Source of the DNA: Mobula hypostoma
Lineage: Eukaryota
Direction of reading: 5' to 3'
DNA length: 64,000 nt
Assembly (NCBI RefSeq): GCF_963921235.1
Contig: NC_086097.1
Coordinates: 237,896,001-237,960,000, forward strand
The notes under the pieces were generated by a model that was not told the DNA's origin, did not search any database, and worked only from the letters and a program-made list of their open reading frames with translations. Position numbers and translations under genes: made by a program. Positions within the stretch are counted from its first letter, which is position 1. Each line of letters begins with the position of its first letter. Shown here piece after piece: positions 1-12,230 of this stretch.

Positions 1-891
1 TTTGATGTATTCTGGAAATGTTTGTCCTTTTTGACTTGATTCAGTATCACACGTCACTTATATTACTAATCTATCGTCCAATGATGCACAATGCATGGTT
101 CCCTTGACCTTGCCCAAAACTTAGCAAAACCTGATTTAACCAGACAATACAACATGCAGGGGTTCAACTGAAGAATCCGATTCAATAATTTTACCTTTCC
201 TGTGAATTCAGCCAGAGAAATGCTGATATGAGCTCTGACAAAAGTAGTGATGTGAAAACTCATTTCCCAGACCCATTGTGGTCAAAGTGAGCCTCAATAT
301 TAACTGAGAATCTCCTTGACCATCTAATCCAAGTGGAAGTTTATTTTGTTTTATTGAGTGTTAGGGAAAGCGTTCAAAGTGCAAAACGTAGGGTATATGT
401 GCTCTATCTTAAGAATTAGACTGCAGCCAAGTCACACATGCCCTCAGTAAACACTTGAATCAGCACATCTTTCAAAGGATCAGAAGAAGGTTAAGCACCA
501 GAAAATCATTCATGTCTCTCTATTAAAACTCAAAAAATTGTGTGAGGTTTAAATTAGTCTCCAGAAGTGAGGTTGATTAAATACTTCAAAAATAAAATCA
601 TTAGATCTTTTGTAAGACTTTTTATTTGATGGGGAACCAAGGCCAAGGTAGTTAAGATACAAATCAGCTGTTTTCCAGTTCAATAATGAAACAGGCTGGA
701 GGGAGTAGATCACTGTTCCGATGTCAATTCATTTTACAGGGAGATTAAGCAACACAATCACACCTCAGTTCAATCAGGTTTACTGTAAGGCTGCTGGAAA
801 TTGAAGCACTGGTATTTCAGCTACTTCTTTCAGTGAATGCAAGATGAATGGTTAAAATACATGTTATATTGTTGAGAAAAATTGGTGGAAG

Positions 892-1560
892 AAGATGGCG
901 CCAGTGAATGCGACTGAGGGTGACGTCCTCCAGATAGTACACAGAACTCCTTCTTTCGCTTCTTTTAAGTCTTCTTTCTCTTTTATTTGTGGCCTGTGAT
1001 GTACAGTTTGATGGCCTGCAGATAACAAACACTGAGCTGAACTGAATATACCTGGACTATTTGGATTTTGTGTTTTATATTCTATGTTTTTTTTGCGCCT
1101 TTTGTTGCTGTTTACGCAATTCTTTTTTTTGCACTTGGGGGGGTTGATGTTTTCTTTGAACGGCATCATGGTTTTCTTGGTTTCATGACTGTCTGCAAAT
1201 CTGTAAGTCTGGGCCAGGGAATGGAAGTTGGAAGCCAATGTTTGTGAGTCGGAGATTTGGGGGCCAAGGACAGGAGATCAGAAGGCAGTCTGTCCTGGGA
1301 TTTGAGACCTGACTGTGTGAATGGATGGGTGGGTGGATGTAAAAGCTGGAAAGGAGCTTGTTTTACTGTTGTATTGTTTTATCATTGTTGTCGTTATTGT
1401 TTCTTCTTGTGTTGTTCTGCTGAACATTGTGAGCCACACCACATGGGTGCCGAAATGTATGGCAACACTTGCGGGCTGTCCCCAGCACATCCTTAGACGC
1501 GCTGACTGTTAACAGAAATGATGTATTTCAATGCACATATGATAAATAAATCTGAATCTA
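892..1560 (+). mobile_element. Non-autonomous retroposon-like repeat (possibly two abutting pieces)
   Basis: Starts AAGATGGCGCC (892) and ends AATAAA-TCTGAATCT. The 1130-1195 segment (GGGGTTGATG..TTCTTTGAACGG..CATGGTTTTCTTGGTTTCATG) recurs at 57410-57470 (-) and 60490-60550 (+). Confidence 0.5.
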
Positions 1561-1607
1561 AACCTGCTCTGGCTGTACTTTATTAATTTTTGTTGATCCA
1601 CCATGGA

Positions 1608-2370
1608 TCGACTTTTTCACCCAGAGAGTTGTGGATCTGTGGAATGCTCTGCCTCAGAAAGCTAATGGTATGCTGGCCTTCATAACTAGAGGGATTGAGT
1701 ATAAGAGCAAAGAGGTCTTTCTGCAGCTGTGCAGGGCCCTGGTGAGACCACTACCGTGTGCAGTTTTGGTCTCCAAATTTGAGGAAGGACATTCTTGCTA
1801 TTGAGGGAGTGCAGCGTAGGTTCACGAGCTTAATTCCCAGGATGGCGGGACTGTCATATGTTGAAAGATTGGAGCGACTGGAATTTAGAAGGATGAGAGG
1901 GGATCTGATTGAAACATATAAGATTATTAAGGGATTGGACACGCTAGAGGCAGGAAATATGTTCCCGATGTTGGGTGGAGTCCAGAACCTGAGGCCACAG
2001 TTTAAGAATAAGGGGTAGACCATTTAGAACGGAGTTGAGGAAAATCTTTTTCACCCAGAGAGTTGTGAATCTGTGGAATGCTGTGCCTCAGAAGGCAGTG
2101 GAGGCCATAACATCTAACAGCACCTTCTTAATACTGAACTGCTCCGTGTTATCCAAATACTCCTCCCTAAACTCATTCTACCATGTAATTCTCCGGATGC
2201 TTTCAAGAAAGAGTTAGCTAGAGCTCTTAATGATAGCGGAGTCAAGGGATATGGGGAGAAGGTAGGAACGGGGTGCTGATTGTGGATGATCAGCCATGAT
2301 CACAGTGATTGGCGATGCTGGCTCGAAGGGCCAAATGGCCTACTCCTGCACCTATTGTCTATTGTCTATT
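1608..2370 (+). mobile_element. CR1 LINE 3' fragment
   Basis: Peptides QFWSPNLRKDILAIEGVQRRFT and FFTQRVVNLWN; (CTATTGT)n tail at about 2351-2370. Confidence 0.9.
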
Positions 2371-2374
2371 GGAT

Positions 2375-2840
2375 GCATCCTGTCATGTAGCAATTGCTCT
2401 GCATGTAACTACAGGAAACTCCAAAGAGTTGAGCACACAGCTCAGCACATCATGGAAACCAGACTCCCTTCCATATATTTCTCACTGCCTCAGTTAAGAA
2501 GCCAGCATAATCAAAAACTCCACCCACACTGGATATTCTCACTTCTATCCAGAAGAAGATTTTTTTTAAAAGCCTAAAAACGTGTACGACTGGGCTTGAG
2601 AACAGCTTCTGTCCCACTGTTGTAAATTGGACCCTTGACATCTCAATCTAACTTGCTGAAATCTTGCATCTTATCGTCCACTTGCATTGCACTTGCTCTG
2701 TAGCTGTTAGACTTTATTCTGCATTGCTATTGTTTTACCTTGTTGTACCTCAATGCACTATGGAGTGATCTGATCTGTGTGAACAGCATGCAAGGTAAGA
2801 TTTTCACTTTATCTCAATATATGTGACAATAATAAATCAG
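2375..2840 (+). mobile_element. Rex/Babar-type LINE 3' fragment
   Basis: Decayed KLQRV..TAQHIM.T.LPSI peptide; 3' UTR ending GTGACAATAATAAA. Confidence 0.65.
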
Positions 2841-2899
2841 TTCCATTGTAAAATCCTGGCACCTGGGTGTGGTACCTTATCATCAGCATCAGTATGTGT

Positions 2900-4807
2900 C
2901 ATAGAACCATATATTACCGTATAACAATTAAAGCACAGAAACAGGCCATCTCGGCACTTCTAATCCATGCCGAACTCTTACTCTCACCTAGTCCCACCGA
3001 CCTGCACTCAGCCCATAACCCTCCATTCCTTTCCTGTCCATATATCTATCCAATTTAACTTTAAATGACAACATCGAAACTGCCTCAACCACTTCTGCTG
3101 GTAGCTCATTCCACACAGCTACCACTCTCTGAGTAAAGAAGTTCCCCCTCATGTTACCCCTAAACTTTTGCCCTTTAACTCTCAACTCATGCCCACTTGT
3201 TTGTATCTCCCCCACTCTCAATGGAAAAAGTCTATCAACATCAAATCTATCTATCTCCCTCATAATTTTAAATACCTCTATCAAGTCCACCCTCAACCTT
3301 CTACGCTCTAAAGAATAAAGACCTAACTTTTTCAACCTTTCTCTGTAACTTAGGACATAAAACCCAGGCAACATTTTAGTAAATCTCCTCTGTACTCTCT
3401 CAATTTTATTGACATCTTTCCTATAATTCGGTGACCAGAACTGAACACAATACTCCAAATTTGGCCTTACCAATCCCTTGTCCAATTTCAACATTACATC
3501 CCAACTCCTATACTCAATGCTCTGATTTATAAAGGCCAGCATACCAAAAGCTTTCTTCACCACCCTATCCACATGAGATTCCACGTTCAGGAAACTATGC
3601 ACCATTATTCCTAGGTCCCTCTTTTCTACTGCATCCTTCAATGCCCTACCATTTACCATGTATGTCCTATTTTGATTAGCCCTACCAAAATGTAGCACCT
3701 CACATTTATCAGCATTAAACTCCATCTGCCATCTTTCGGCCCACTCTTCTGATTGGCCTAAATCTCTCTGCAAGCTTTGAAAACTTACTTTATTATCCAC
3801 AACTCCACCTATCTTAGTATCATCTGCATGCTTACTAATCCAATTTACCACCCCATCATCCAGATCATTAATATATATGACAAACAACATTGGTCCCAGT
3901 ACAGATCCCTGAGGCACACCACTAGTCACCGGCCTCTGTTCTGACAAACAGTTATCCACCGCTATTCTCTGGCATCTCCCATCCAGCCACTGCTGAATCC
4001 ATTTACTGCTTTGATATTAATGCCTAACAATTGAACCTTCCCAACTAACCTTCCGTGTGGAACCCTGTCATAGGCCTTACTGAAGTCCAGTAGACAACAT
4101 CCACCACTTTACGCTCGTCATCTTTCCTAGTAACCTCATCAAAAAATTCAATAAAATTTGTCAAACGTGACCTTCCACGCACAAATCCATGTTGACTGTT
4201 CCTAATCAGACCCTGTCTATCCAGATAATTATATATACCATCTCTAAGAATACTTTCCATCAATTTACCCACCACTGACGTCAAACTCACAAGCCAATAA
4301 TTGCTAAGTTTACTCTTAGAACCCTTTTTAAACAATGGAACCACATGAACAATACACCATTCTGCTGGCACCATCCCCATTTCTAATGACATTTGAAATA
4401 TTTCTGTTAGAGCCCCTGCTATTTCCACACTAACTTCCCTCAAGGTCCTAGGGAATATCTTGTCCGGACCTGGAGACTTATCCACTTTTATATTCCTTAA
4501 AAGCACCAGTACTTCCTCTTCTTTAATCTTCATGCTTTCCATAACTTCCCTTCTTGTTTCCTTTACCTTACACAATTCAATATCCTTCTCCTTAGTGAAT
4601 ACCGAAGAAACAAAATTGTTCAAAATCTCCCCCATCTCTTTTGGCTCCACACATAACCGTCCACTCTGATTCTCTAAGGGACCAATTTTATCACTCACTA
4701 TCCTTTTGCTATTAATATAACTGTAGAAACCCTTTGGATTTATTTTCACCTTACTTGCCAAAGCAGCCTCGTATCTTCTTTTAGCTTTTCTAATTTCTTT
4801 CTTAATG
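2900..4807 (-). mobile_element. CR1 LINE, 5'-truncated, ORF2 RT remnant
   Basis: ORF 2988-3959 has SGVPQGSVLGP, HADD (decayed FADD) and LERRRLR.DLIEVFKI. The upstream frame has KSPGPD, VVPLFKKG and SQHGFVRGRS, broken by a frameshift near 4080. Confidence 0.95.
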
Positions 4808-5088
4808 TCATGTCGTATCGTGGTCGCGTGCATGACCATGATTGTTCTTGGGAATTTTTTTTTTCTGCAGAAGTTGTTTGCCATTGCCTTCTTCTGGGCA
4901 GTGCCTTTACAAGACAGGTGACCCCAGCCATTATCAATACTCTTCAGAGATTGTCTGCCTGGCGTCAGTGGTTGCATAACCAAGACCTGTGATATGCACC
5001 AGTGATATGCACCTGTGATATGCTCAGATGACCATCCACCACCAGTTCCCATGGCTTCATGTGGCTCTGATCATATCTCCACCCCACT
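4808..5088 (-). mobile_element. RTE-related non-autonomous element (SINE-like)
   Basis: Minus strand reads GAAGAAGGCAATGGCAAACAACTTC, resembling the motif of RTE/BovB-derived SINEs; abuts the CR1 5' truncation point. Confidence 0.5.
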
Positions 5089-5691
5089 ACTGGTGAAGTA
5101 GTAGCAAATTTTTAAAAAAGACTTTGGTTGTGGTGTCATTTCAAATGATCATAATTTATCCTCAATTTAAGCTGGAACATAAACCAGGCAATAGCAATGA
5201 GAGCAAGGCGAAGAGACTTAATGCTCAATTGTACACTCTAAAACAACACAACACCAACTCAGGTAGATCTACCCTTGTAAATAGTACTAGACAGCCCACT
5301 GAAGAGAAGAAAGTTCTGGAGACATTATATTTCAAAAATGCTCTGTTGGTAGTAAGCATTTTGGGAAATCTTATGTTGATCAAATATGTTTTATAGAACA
5401 TAGACATATTGGTGGGGTGGAGATACAGCTCTACCAAAGGAAATGTAAGATGCTCCTTCCCTCTGCTAGCCTACAGGTCACCCTTGGACAAGGTGTAGCA
5501 CCTGCTTGACCCCCACCCAACTTCTTTTAATGAGGTGATTAGAACTGAACACAATAATTTATAACTCCAAGACATTCAACTGATACAAAAGTCACACTGA
5601 ATGAACTGTGAATTGAGGTTTGAATTGTTTCTGAAGAGCCTGTTGTCATGATAGTCACTGGGTATACCGACTTCAGTGGATTCTCAAGGGG

Positions 5692-5914
5692 ATAGAAAGC
5701 ACGAAAAAGTCTGCAGATGCTGGAAATCCAAAGCAACACATACAAACTGCTGGAGGAACTCAACAGCTCAGGCAGCATCTATGGAAATGAACTGATAGTT
5801 GACGTTTCGGGCTGAGACCCCTCCAGTCCTGAAAAAGGGTCTTGGTCCTAAACGTTTATTGTCTATTCAATTCCATAGCTGCCATGCTGAGCTCCTTTAG
5901 CTTTTTGTGTGTGA
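5692..5914. mobile_element. Palindromic Penelope-like (PLE) mini-element with hammerhead remnants
   Basis: Inverted pLTR arms meet near 5820; 10-bp TSD TCTCAAGGGG at 5682-5691 and 5915-5924; GGGTCTCAGCCCGAAACGTC on the minus strand at 5801-5820. Confidence 0.8.
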
Positions 5915-6310
5915 TCTCAAGGGGCAGTGCCTCTCAAAATTCCAAAATGTCCACACAGAACAGTCCACAGAGAGCAAAAGAATTATCATGATCAGATTAC
6001 ATATCAGTTGCAGAACAATGATTTCAGGTCTGCTTGCTGGTAAATAACCTGATCTTGGTTAATATTTTGCTACTCTGTGTGGATATTCAAAGATATCATT
6101 CAGCTTAATCTTTGTTGGAAATAAATACGCAGGCGGCTGCCTCAATTGTTTTAAGTGCAGAGAATTATGAGACTGGGCGGGAAGGATTATCAGCCATAGA
6201 CTCAGCACAGCTAGGTACTTCAGTGACAAATGGCAGCAAAGATTACAAATCAATTCTCAGGAAATAAAATTTGATAACATCCTGTTGTTCAAAGAATTGT
6301 CTTGTTAAAC

Positions 6311-6737
6311 ATACAAGGATGTTGCCTGGATTGGGGAGCGTGCCTTATGAGAATAGGTTGAGTGAACTCAGCCTTTTCTCCTTGGAGAGACGGAGGATGA
6401 GAAGTGACCTGATAAAGGTCTACAAGATGTTGAAAGGCATTGATCATGTGGATAATCAGAGGCTTTTTCCCTGGGCTGAAGTGGCTAGCACAAGAGGGCA
6501 TAGTTTTAAGGTGCTTGGAAGTAGGTACAGAGGAGATGTCAGGGGTAATTTTTTACGTAGAGAGTGGTGAGTTCGTGGAATGGGCCGCCGTCACAGACTC
6601 CAGGATGGGTACATGAAGCTTAGAAAAATAGAAGGCTATGGGTAAACCTAGGTGGTTCTAAGGTAAGGACATGTTCAACACAGCTTTGTGGGCAGAAGGG
6701 CCTGTATTATGCTGTAGGTTTTCTATGTTTCTATGTT
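6311..6737 (+). mobile_element. CR1 LINE 3' fragment
   Basis: RMLPGL..YENRLSELSLFSLERRRMR peptide; (TTCTATGT)n tail. Confidence 0.9.
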
Positions 6738-6884
6738 TAAAAATTGTTAGTGAAGGATATAGTATGTTTGGAAAGAGTGGAGCTGATAAAAACAACATTG
6801 GAGGAGAGAGAGAGAGAGGCAATGATTTAAGTAGCTGGGAGGTGAAAAGTGGTCATGGCAAAGCGATGAAGAAGATAGAATCAG

Positions 6885-7250
6885 ATAGGATCTGCATGAG
6901 AAAGACTGCCTCATCTGGAAGGACCGTTTAGAGCCTTTAATGGTGCCCTGGGAGAGGTGGCACGGCCGGTGCAACTCTCAATGGGGCTGCATGGATGAAT
7001 GTGTGACGAAGAACCAGTGAGGAAGGATGAGTGGATGAGGGAGTCACAAAGAGAACAAATCCTGCGGAAAGCAAAGAGAGGGGAGGGGAAGATGTACCTG
7101 GTGGTGAGATCCTGTTGGAGATGGCAGAAGTTGTGGAGAATGAAATATTGGATGTAGAGCCTCATGCAGTGGTAAGTAAGGGCAAGGACAATTCTATCCC
7201 TGCTACATCTGGGGAGGTGTGGATGGGTTGAGGGCAGAGGTGTAGGGAAA
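6885..7250 (-). mobile_element. Penelope-like element ORF fragment (RT-to-endonuclease linker)
   Basis: ORF 6911-7165 LYIQYFILHNFCHLQQDLTTRYIFPSPLFAFRRICSLCDSLIHS matches the PLE linker pattern; followed by FQMRQSFSC. Confidence 0.7.
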
Positions 7251-7274
7251 GAAGAATAGGTCTTCCTACAACCT

Positions 7275-7525
7275 ATGGAGTCACTATCAATGACTCTTCA
7301 TTTCATTCCTTGGTATTTATTTCTTATTTTTTTCATTTCATATTTGTATAGTTTCTTGCCCTTTCACATTGGTTGCTTGTCCATCCTGTTGGGTGTGGTC
7401 TTTCATTGATTCTATTGTATTTCTTGGATTTACTGTATATCCCACAAGAAAGTGAATCTCAGGGTAGTATGTGGTGACAGATACAGTATGTACTTTCATA
7501 ACAAATGTACTTTGAACTTTTGAAT
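7275..7525 (+). mobile_element. Rex/Babar-type 3' UTR fragment
   Basis: CCCACAAGAAAGTGAATCTCAGGGTAGTATG..TACTTTGAACTTT; the same tail occurs at 17440-17525 and 25490-25565. Confidence 0.6.
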
Positions 7526-8104
7526 TTTTAGATAATTTTTCTCCCATGATGGAGACAGAGAAATCAAGAAAGGGGAGAGAGGTGGAAGATACAGTAGATA
7601 ATTATAGCCATTGAAACAATAGTCATTTATTGCTGTCTTTGTGTCGGGAGAGGAAAACTAGATTCTCTCTGGAAGATATGCTGTGTTGAATAAAAACTTT
7701 TATATCACCCAGTTACAGCTTTCATGTGGCTCAGTTTAATCAGATTCAACAATCACCATATCAATAGTGAAATAATTACTGGAATTTGCGAGTTCTCTCC
7801 AAGCAGACATGAGTGGAACCATGCATGAACAATGCCCTAGAGATGAACTATAAAGGAGAATGCAGAACAACCTTCAACTGGATCAAAAGTAATACCTCTT
7901 TGAATGAGAAGAATTTCCTAACATTGGTCAAGCTTTTAATAATCCAAATTTAATTTAAATAACAACTAAATCTATCTTTCTTACTCATGTACTTTTTCAG
8001 AAATAGAAAGCAAAAGCAGAACATGATGATTCAATCCTTCTACTCTGTTCCATCATTTGACACAGTAATAATGGATCATGCGTTTCAGTACGTCACCACA
8101 ACTG

Positions 8105-8637
8105 TTCCAGACTGTCAGTCCATGGCCTCCTCTACTGCTGTAATGAGACCACTCTCAGGTTGGGGGAACAACACCTCATGTTTCGTCTGGGTAGCCTCAA
8201 ACCTGATGGCATGAACATCGATTTATCTAACGTATTGTAATTTCCCCCCTCTCCACCTTTGCTCTTCTTTCATTCCCCATTCTGGCTCCCCTCTTCTCTT
8301 CACCTCCCTATCTCTTGCCTCTGGTGTCCTGTCTCCTTCCCTTTCTCCTCATGGTCCACTCTCCTCATCTATCAGATTCTTTCTTCAGCCCTTTACATTT
8401 TCAACCTATCAGCTCTCAACTCCTCACTTGTTCCCCACTCCCCCATCCACCTGGCCACACATATCACCTTCAGGCTTGTACTCCTTCCCCTCCGCCCCCC
8501 CCCCACCTTCTTATTTTGGCTTCTTCTCCTTTCTTATCCAGTTCTGATGAAGGGTCTTTGGTCTGAAACGCCAACTGTTTATTTATTTCCACTGATGATG
8601 CCTGACCTGCTGAGTTCCTCCAGCATTTTGTATGTGC
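8105..8637 (+). mobile_element. Penelope-like element 3' end (endonuclease C-terminus, pyrimidine tract, pLTR)
   Basis: Encodes SVHGLLYCCNETTLRLGEQHLMFRLGSLKPDGMNIDLSN, then a CT-rich spacer, a hammerhead motif and CCTGACCTGCTGAGTTCCTCCAGCATTTTG. Confidence 0.8.
8539..8577 (+). ncRNA. Minimal type-I hammerhead ribozyme motif (cleavage triplet GCC, probably inactive)
   Basis: CAGTT-CTGATGA-AGGGTCTTTGGTCT-GAAA-CG-CC-AACTG; stem I CAGTT/AACTG pairs perfectly and both core boxes are intact. Confidence 0.7.
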
Positions 8638-8654
8638 AACATTTCACCTCAATA

Positions 8655-8915
8655 TCATCCTCTCGTCTTCTCTGCATATCCCTTGATCCCTCTGCCATTA
8701 AGCGGTATATCTAACTCCTTGTTAAATATACTCAATGACTTAGCTTTCAAGATCATCTCTGACAGAATAACACATATACACCACCCCCAGCATGAAGAAG
8801 TTCCAGCGAATCTTGGTTCTAAATGGCAAACCCAACTTTGGAGGGTGTGACCACTGCTTCTCAACTCTCCAACCCTCAGGAATATCTTCCCTTCATCATA
8901 TCTGTGTAGTTCTGC
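8655..8915 (-). mobile_element. Old CR1 3' fragment
   Basis: Minus-strand AKSLSIFNKELDI..GIKGYAEK peptide typical of the CR1 C-terminus. Confidence 0.7.
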
Positions 8916-9744
8916 TGGGATTACATTTTTAGATTTTGCTCAACCATTCTGTTCAACTAAAGGCTTAAATCACCACAGCTCACATACTTCTGCTCTGTCA
9001 TCCAAAAATAAAATCAGCCTAGTAAGTTTTTATTGTGCTTTCCCAGCGACAAGAAAATTCTTCAGGAACTCCAGATGTGGCTGCACCAGGGTCTTATAGA
9101 GTTACAACAAATTGTTCTCTTGCACTGAAAGTCTTCCTAATTACTTATTGCACTGGATTGTTTGCTTTCAGCATCTGGTGTTGAAGGACATTGCACCATT
9201 CCTCTTCCCAATCTAGCACCGTAAAAATTTTATTTGATCAATAGACTGTGCCATGCTTTTGTCCATTCGTTTGTCTAAATCAAATTGGAGCCTCTTTGTT
9301 GTGTATAGCACCCCCTTCCCCTCCGCAAAGCTTTTGTAAGGTCATCAGTGCAGTGCATAACTAGTAAATGTTTGGTTATGATGTCTCCTCTCACCTACTT
9401 CTCTCTGTGTGGATCAACGATCAATGGATTGTTGGCTTTATTAACTGCTATTCCTGGCATAGTTGAACATCAGATCCATGAGTTCCATTTAGGTTTGGTT
9501 TCAGTCTTTACTTTTTCCAAGTTCAAAAGTATTTTGGGAGGGACAATAATGCCAGTATTTCCAACAATGTTTAAATATTATGATCATATGCGTAAAATAA
9601 GGATCATGAAATCAGTGTTTATCTTAATACCGCAAACTTTTATGTGTGTTGCTTTATCTTACTACCTCTGCATTTGTCAGGATGAAATTTCACTTTCCAT
9701 GTTCTGTCAATTTGCATTTCTTACTCAAATCATTGTTTCACTTA

Positions 9745-10050
9745 TTTATTTGTCTACTTATTTATTTAGTGAGACCACGTGGAACAGGCCCTTCTGGCTC
9801 AAATAACTGCACTGCCTACTAACCCACCCATTACCACTAGCTTAATCACAGGGCAATTTACAATGACTAATTAACCTAGTAACCAGTACATCTTTGGACT
9901 GTGGAGGAAACTGGCGCACCAGGAAGAAGCTCACATTATTCACAGGGAGAACATATGAACGTACAAACGTTGTCAGAATTGAACTCCGATCTCAAGAATG
10001 CATGGGTCTGTCATAGCTTTCCTCTAACGGCTTGGCTACCATGGCTCTGA
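9745..10050 (-). mobile_element. tRNA-derived V-SINE-like element
   Basis: Minus-strand GGTGCGCCAGTTTCCTCCACAGTCCAAAGATGTAC core and (TAAA)n tail; homologous to 42383-42648. Confidence 0.65.
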
Positions 10051-10309
10051 TCTAACTCTTCTAAATCTACTGTTTCTTGTAGTTTGTTCTCATCAGCATC
10101 CCTGACGAGGCAGGAGTGTAAATTAAAAATAATCTTTATAGGCAATGAATTAATGTGCAAGGAGCTGTCATTTCAGGAAGCTTTCGATTCTCAGCGCTTT
10201 CCTAGCCAATTATTTCCAACAGAACGTTAAAAGTGTAACTTGGAATTCTTCAAGCCCTTTGAAAATAAGCTTCCACCAATCATCTTTGATGATATAAACG
10301 TTAATATCT

Positions 10310-10560
10310 ATTGTAGCACTTGGCTCTCGAAGACCAACCCTACCTCCCTGTTGTGAGAGGTCGAAAAGGGCAAGTCCGGCCAACAGTGCTCTGGTAAAGC
10401 TGTATAAGCCAATCCCCTGTACAAGTGGATGCAATGGATTACAGAAACATTGATGAACTCCAACCATACCATTGACTTTGGATGATGAAGATGGGAGGTC
10501 ATCAATGGCCTATGCTCCATTGAGAACTAAGGGCCCAAGAAGTAGAAGAAGAAGAAGAAA
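10310..10560 (+). mobile_element. RTE-type non-autonomous 3' fragment
   Basis: Ends GGCCTATGCTCC..AAGGGCCC followed by a (GAA)n tail. Confidence 0.4.
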
Positions 10561-11689
10561 TAATTCTTCACCTTGTTAATCTCTTCCAAAATCAAAAATA
10601 CCTTTACAATCTAGATTTTGGCTGTTTATAAATATATGATTCAATGTTTCTATGAACATTTGAAAAATAGCAGAAGTAGGGGACTCTATAGTCAGTGGGA
10701 CAGACAGGCGATTCTGTCTACGCAAGAAGGAAACACAGATGGTACTTTGCCTCCCAGGTGCCAGGACCTGAGATGCTTCTGGATGTGTCCACTATATCCT
10801 GAAAAGGGAGGGTGAGCAGCCGGAGGGCTTGGTATACATTGGTACCAACAACATACGTAGAAAAAGGGAGGAGGTCCTGAAAAAAGAATATAGGGAGGAA
10901 GTTGAGAAGCAGGACCTCAAAGTTAGCAATCTCGGATTGCTGCCTGTGCCATGCGACAGTGGGGATAAGAATAGAATGAGATGGCAGATAAATGTGTGGC
11001 TGAAGAATTAAAGCATGGGGCCGGAATTCATGTTACTGGATAATTGGGACATCTTCTGGGGCAGGAGGGACCTGCACAAAAGGGATGAGTTGCACTTGAA
11101 TCGGAGGGGGACTAATATTCTTGAGGGCCAGTTACTAGAGCTGTTGGGAATGGTTTAAACAAAGATGGCATGTGGTTGTGAGCCAGTATGGTCGAGCTGA
11201 GGATGAGCCAGCAGGTTTATAAGTAGATGTTGGATGTAACATGAATGTAGGTAAGGACAATCCAATGACTGGGCACAGAAGCAGACAAAACAAAGAGTTA
11301 AGTTGTACTGCAGAGGCAAAATTCAGAAGGGCAAAGAATGCAGGACTGAAGGTGTTGCATTTAAATACGTGTAGCATTTAGAATAAAGTGGATGAATTCA
11401 TTGTGCAATTAGAGATTGGTTGGTATGATGATGTGGGTATCACTAAGTTGTGGCTGAAAGAAGGCCATAGTTGGGAGTTTAACATCAAAGGATATAACTT
11501 GTATTGAAAGGATAAGCAGGAAGGCATAGGTGGTTATGTGGCTCTGTTGGTAAGAGATGGATTTACATCTTTAGAAAGAGGTGACATAGGGTCAGAGAAT
11601 GTGAATCCTTGTGGATGGAGTTTAGAAACTGCAAGGGTAGAAAAACCATTATGGGTATCATATATAGGCCTCCAAATAGTAGCCAAGAA

Positions 11690-11832
11690 ATTAGATTAGA
11701 TTAGATTATGAGAACACGCAGTCCTCTTTTATTGTCATTTAGTAATGCATGCATTAAGAAATGATACAATATTCCTCCAGTGTGATATCACAGAAACAGA
11801 GGACAGACCAAGACTGAAAAACTAACAAAAAA
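11690..11832 (-). mobile_element. 3' fragment of the (AATCT)n-tailed retroposon, nested in CR1
   Basis: Reverse complement of 58455-58590; flanked by AAGAA; host CR1 resumes at AAGAAGTGGGG. Confidence 0.85.
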
Positions 11833-11955
11833 AAGAAGTGGGGATGAGATGGCAAATGGAGCTGGAAAAACACATGTAACAAAGATAATGACACAATTGC
11901 AATGGGGGACATCAATATGCAGGGGACTTGGGAAAATCAGATTGGTGTTGGATCA

Positions 11956-12230
11956 TAGAAATACATAGAAACATAGAAAATAGGTGCAGGAGTAGTCCAT
12001 TCGGCCCTTCGAGCCTGCACCGCCATTCAGTATGATCATGGCTGATCATCCAACTCAGAATCCTGTACCAGTTTTCTCTCCATACCCCCGATCCCTTTAG
12101 CCACAAGGGCCATATCTAACTCCCTCTTAAATATAGCCAATGAACTGGCCTCAACTGTTTCCGTGGCAGAGAACTCCACAGATTCACCACTCCCTGTGTG
12201 AAGAAGTTTTTCCTCATCTCGGTCCTAAAA
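11956..12230 (-). mobile_element. Young CR1 3' fragment nested in older CR1
   Basis: Closely matches 50860-51128; (CATAGAAA)n tail; GGATCA duplicated at 11950-11955 and 12231-12236. Confidence 0.9.

Noticed and set aside
4045..5052. 335-aa ORF as a novel gene
   Set aside because: Accidental fusion: the first 80 or so codons run through an RTE-like SINE and the rest is CR1 ORF2 ending at a frameshift.
8259..8714. Leu/Pro/Ser-rich ORFs (also 18982-19424, 25925-26197, 53253-53537)
   Set aside because: Low-complexity CT/GA tracts of PLE 3' regions that lack stop codons by composition.
9348..9806. 152-aa hydrophobic ORF (also 48361-48867)
   Set aside because: No recognisable domain, overlaps repeat sequence, and is consistent with chance in T-rich DNA.
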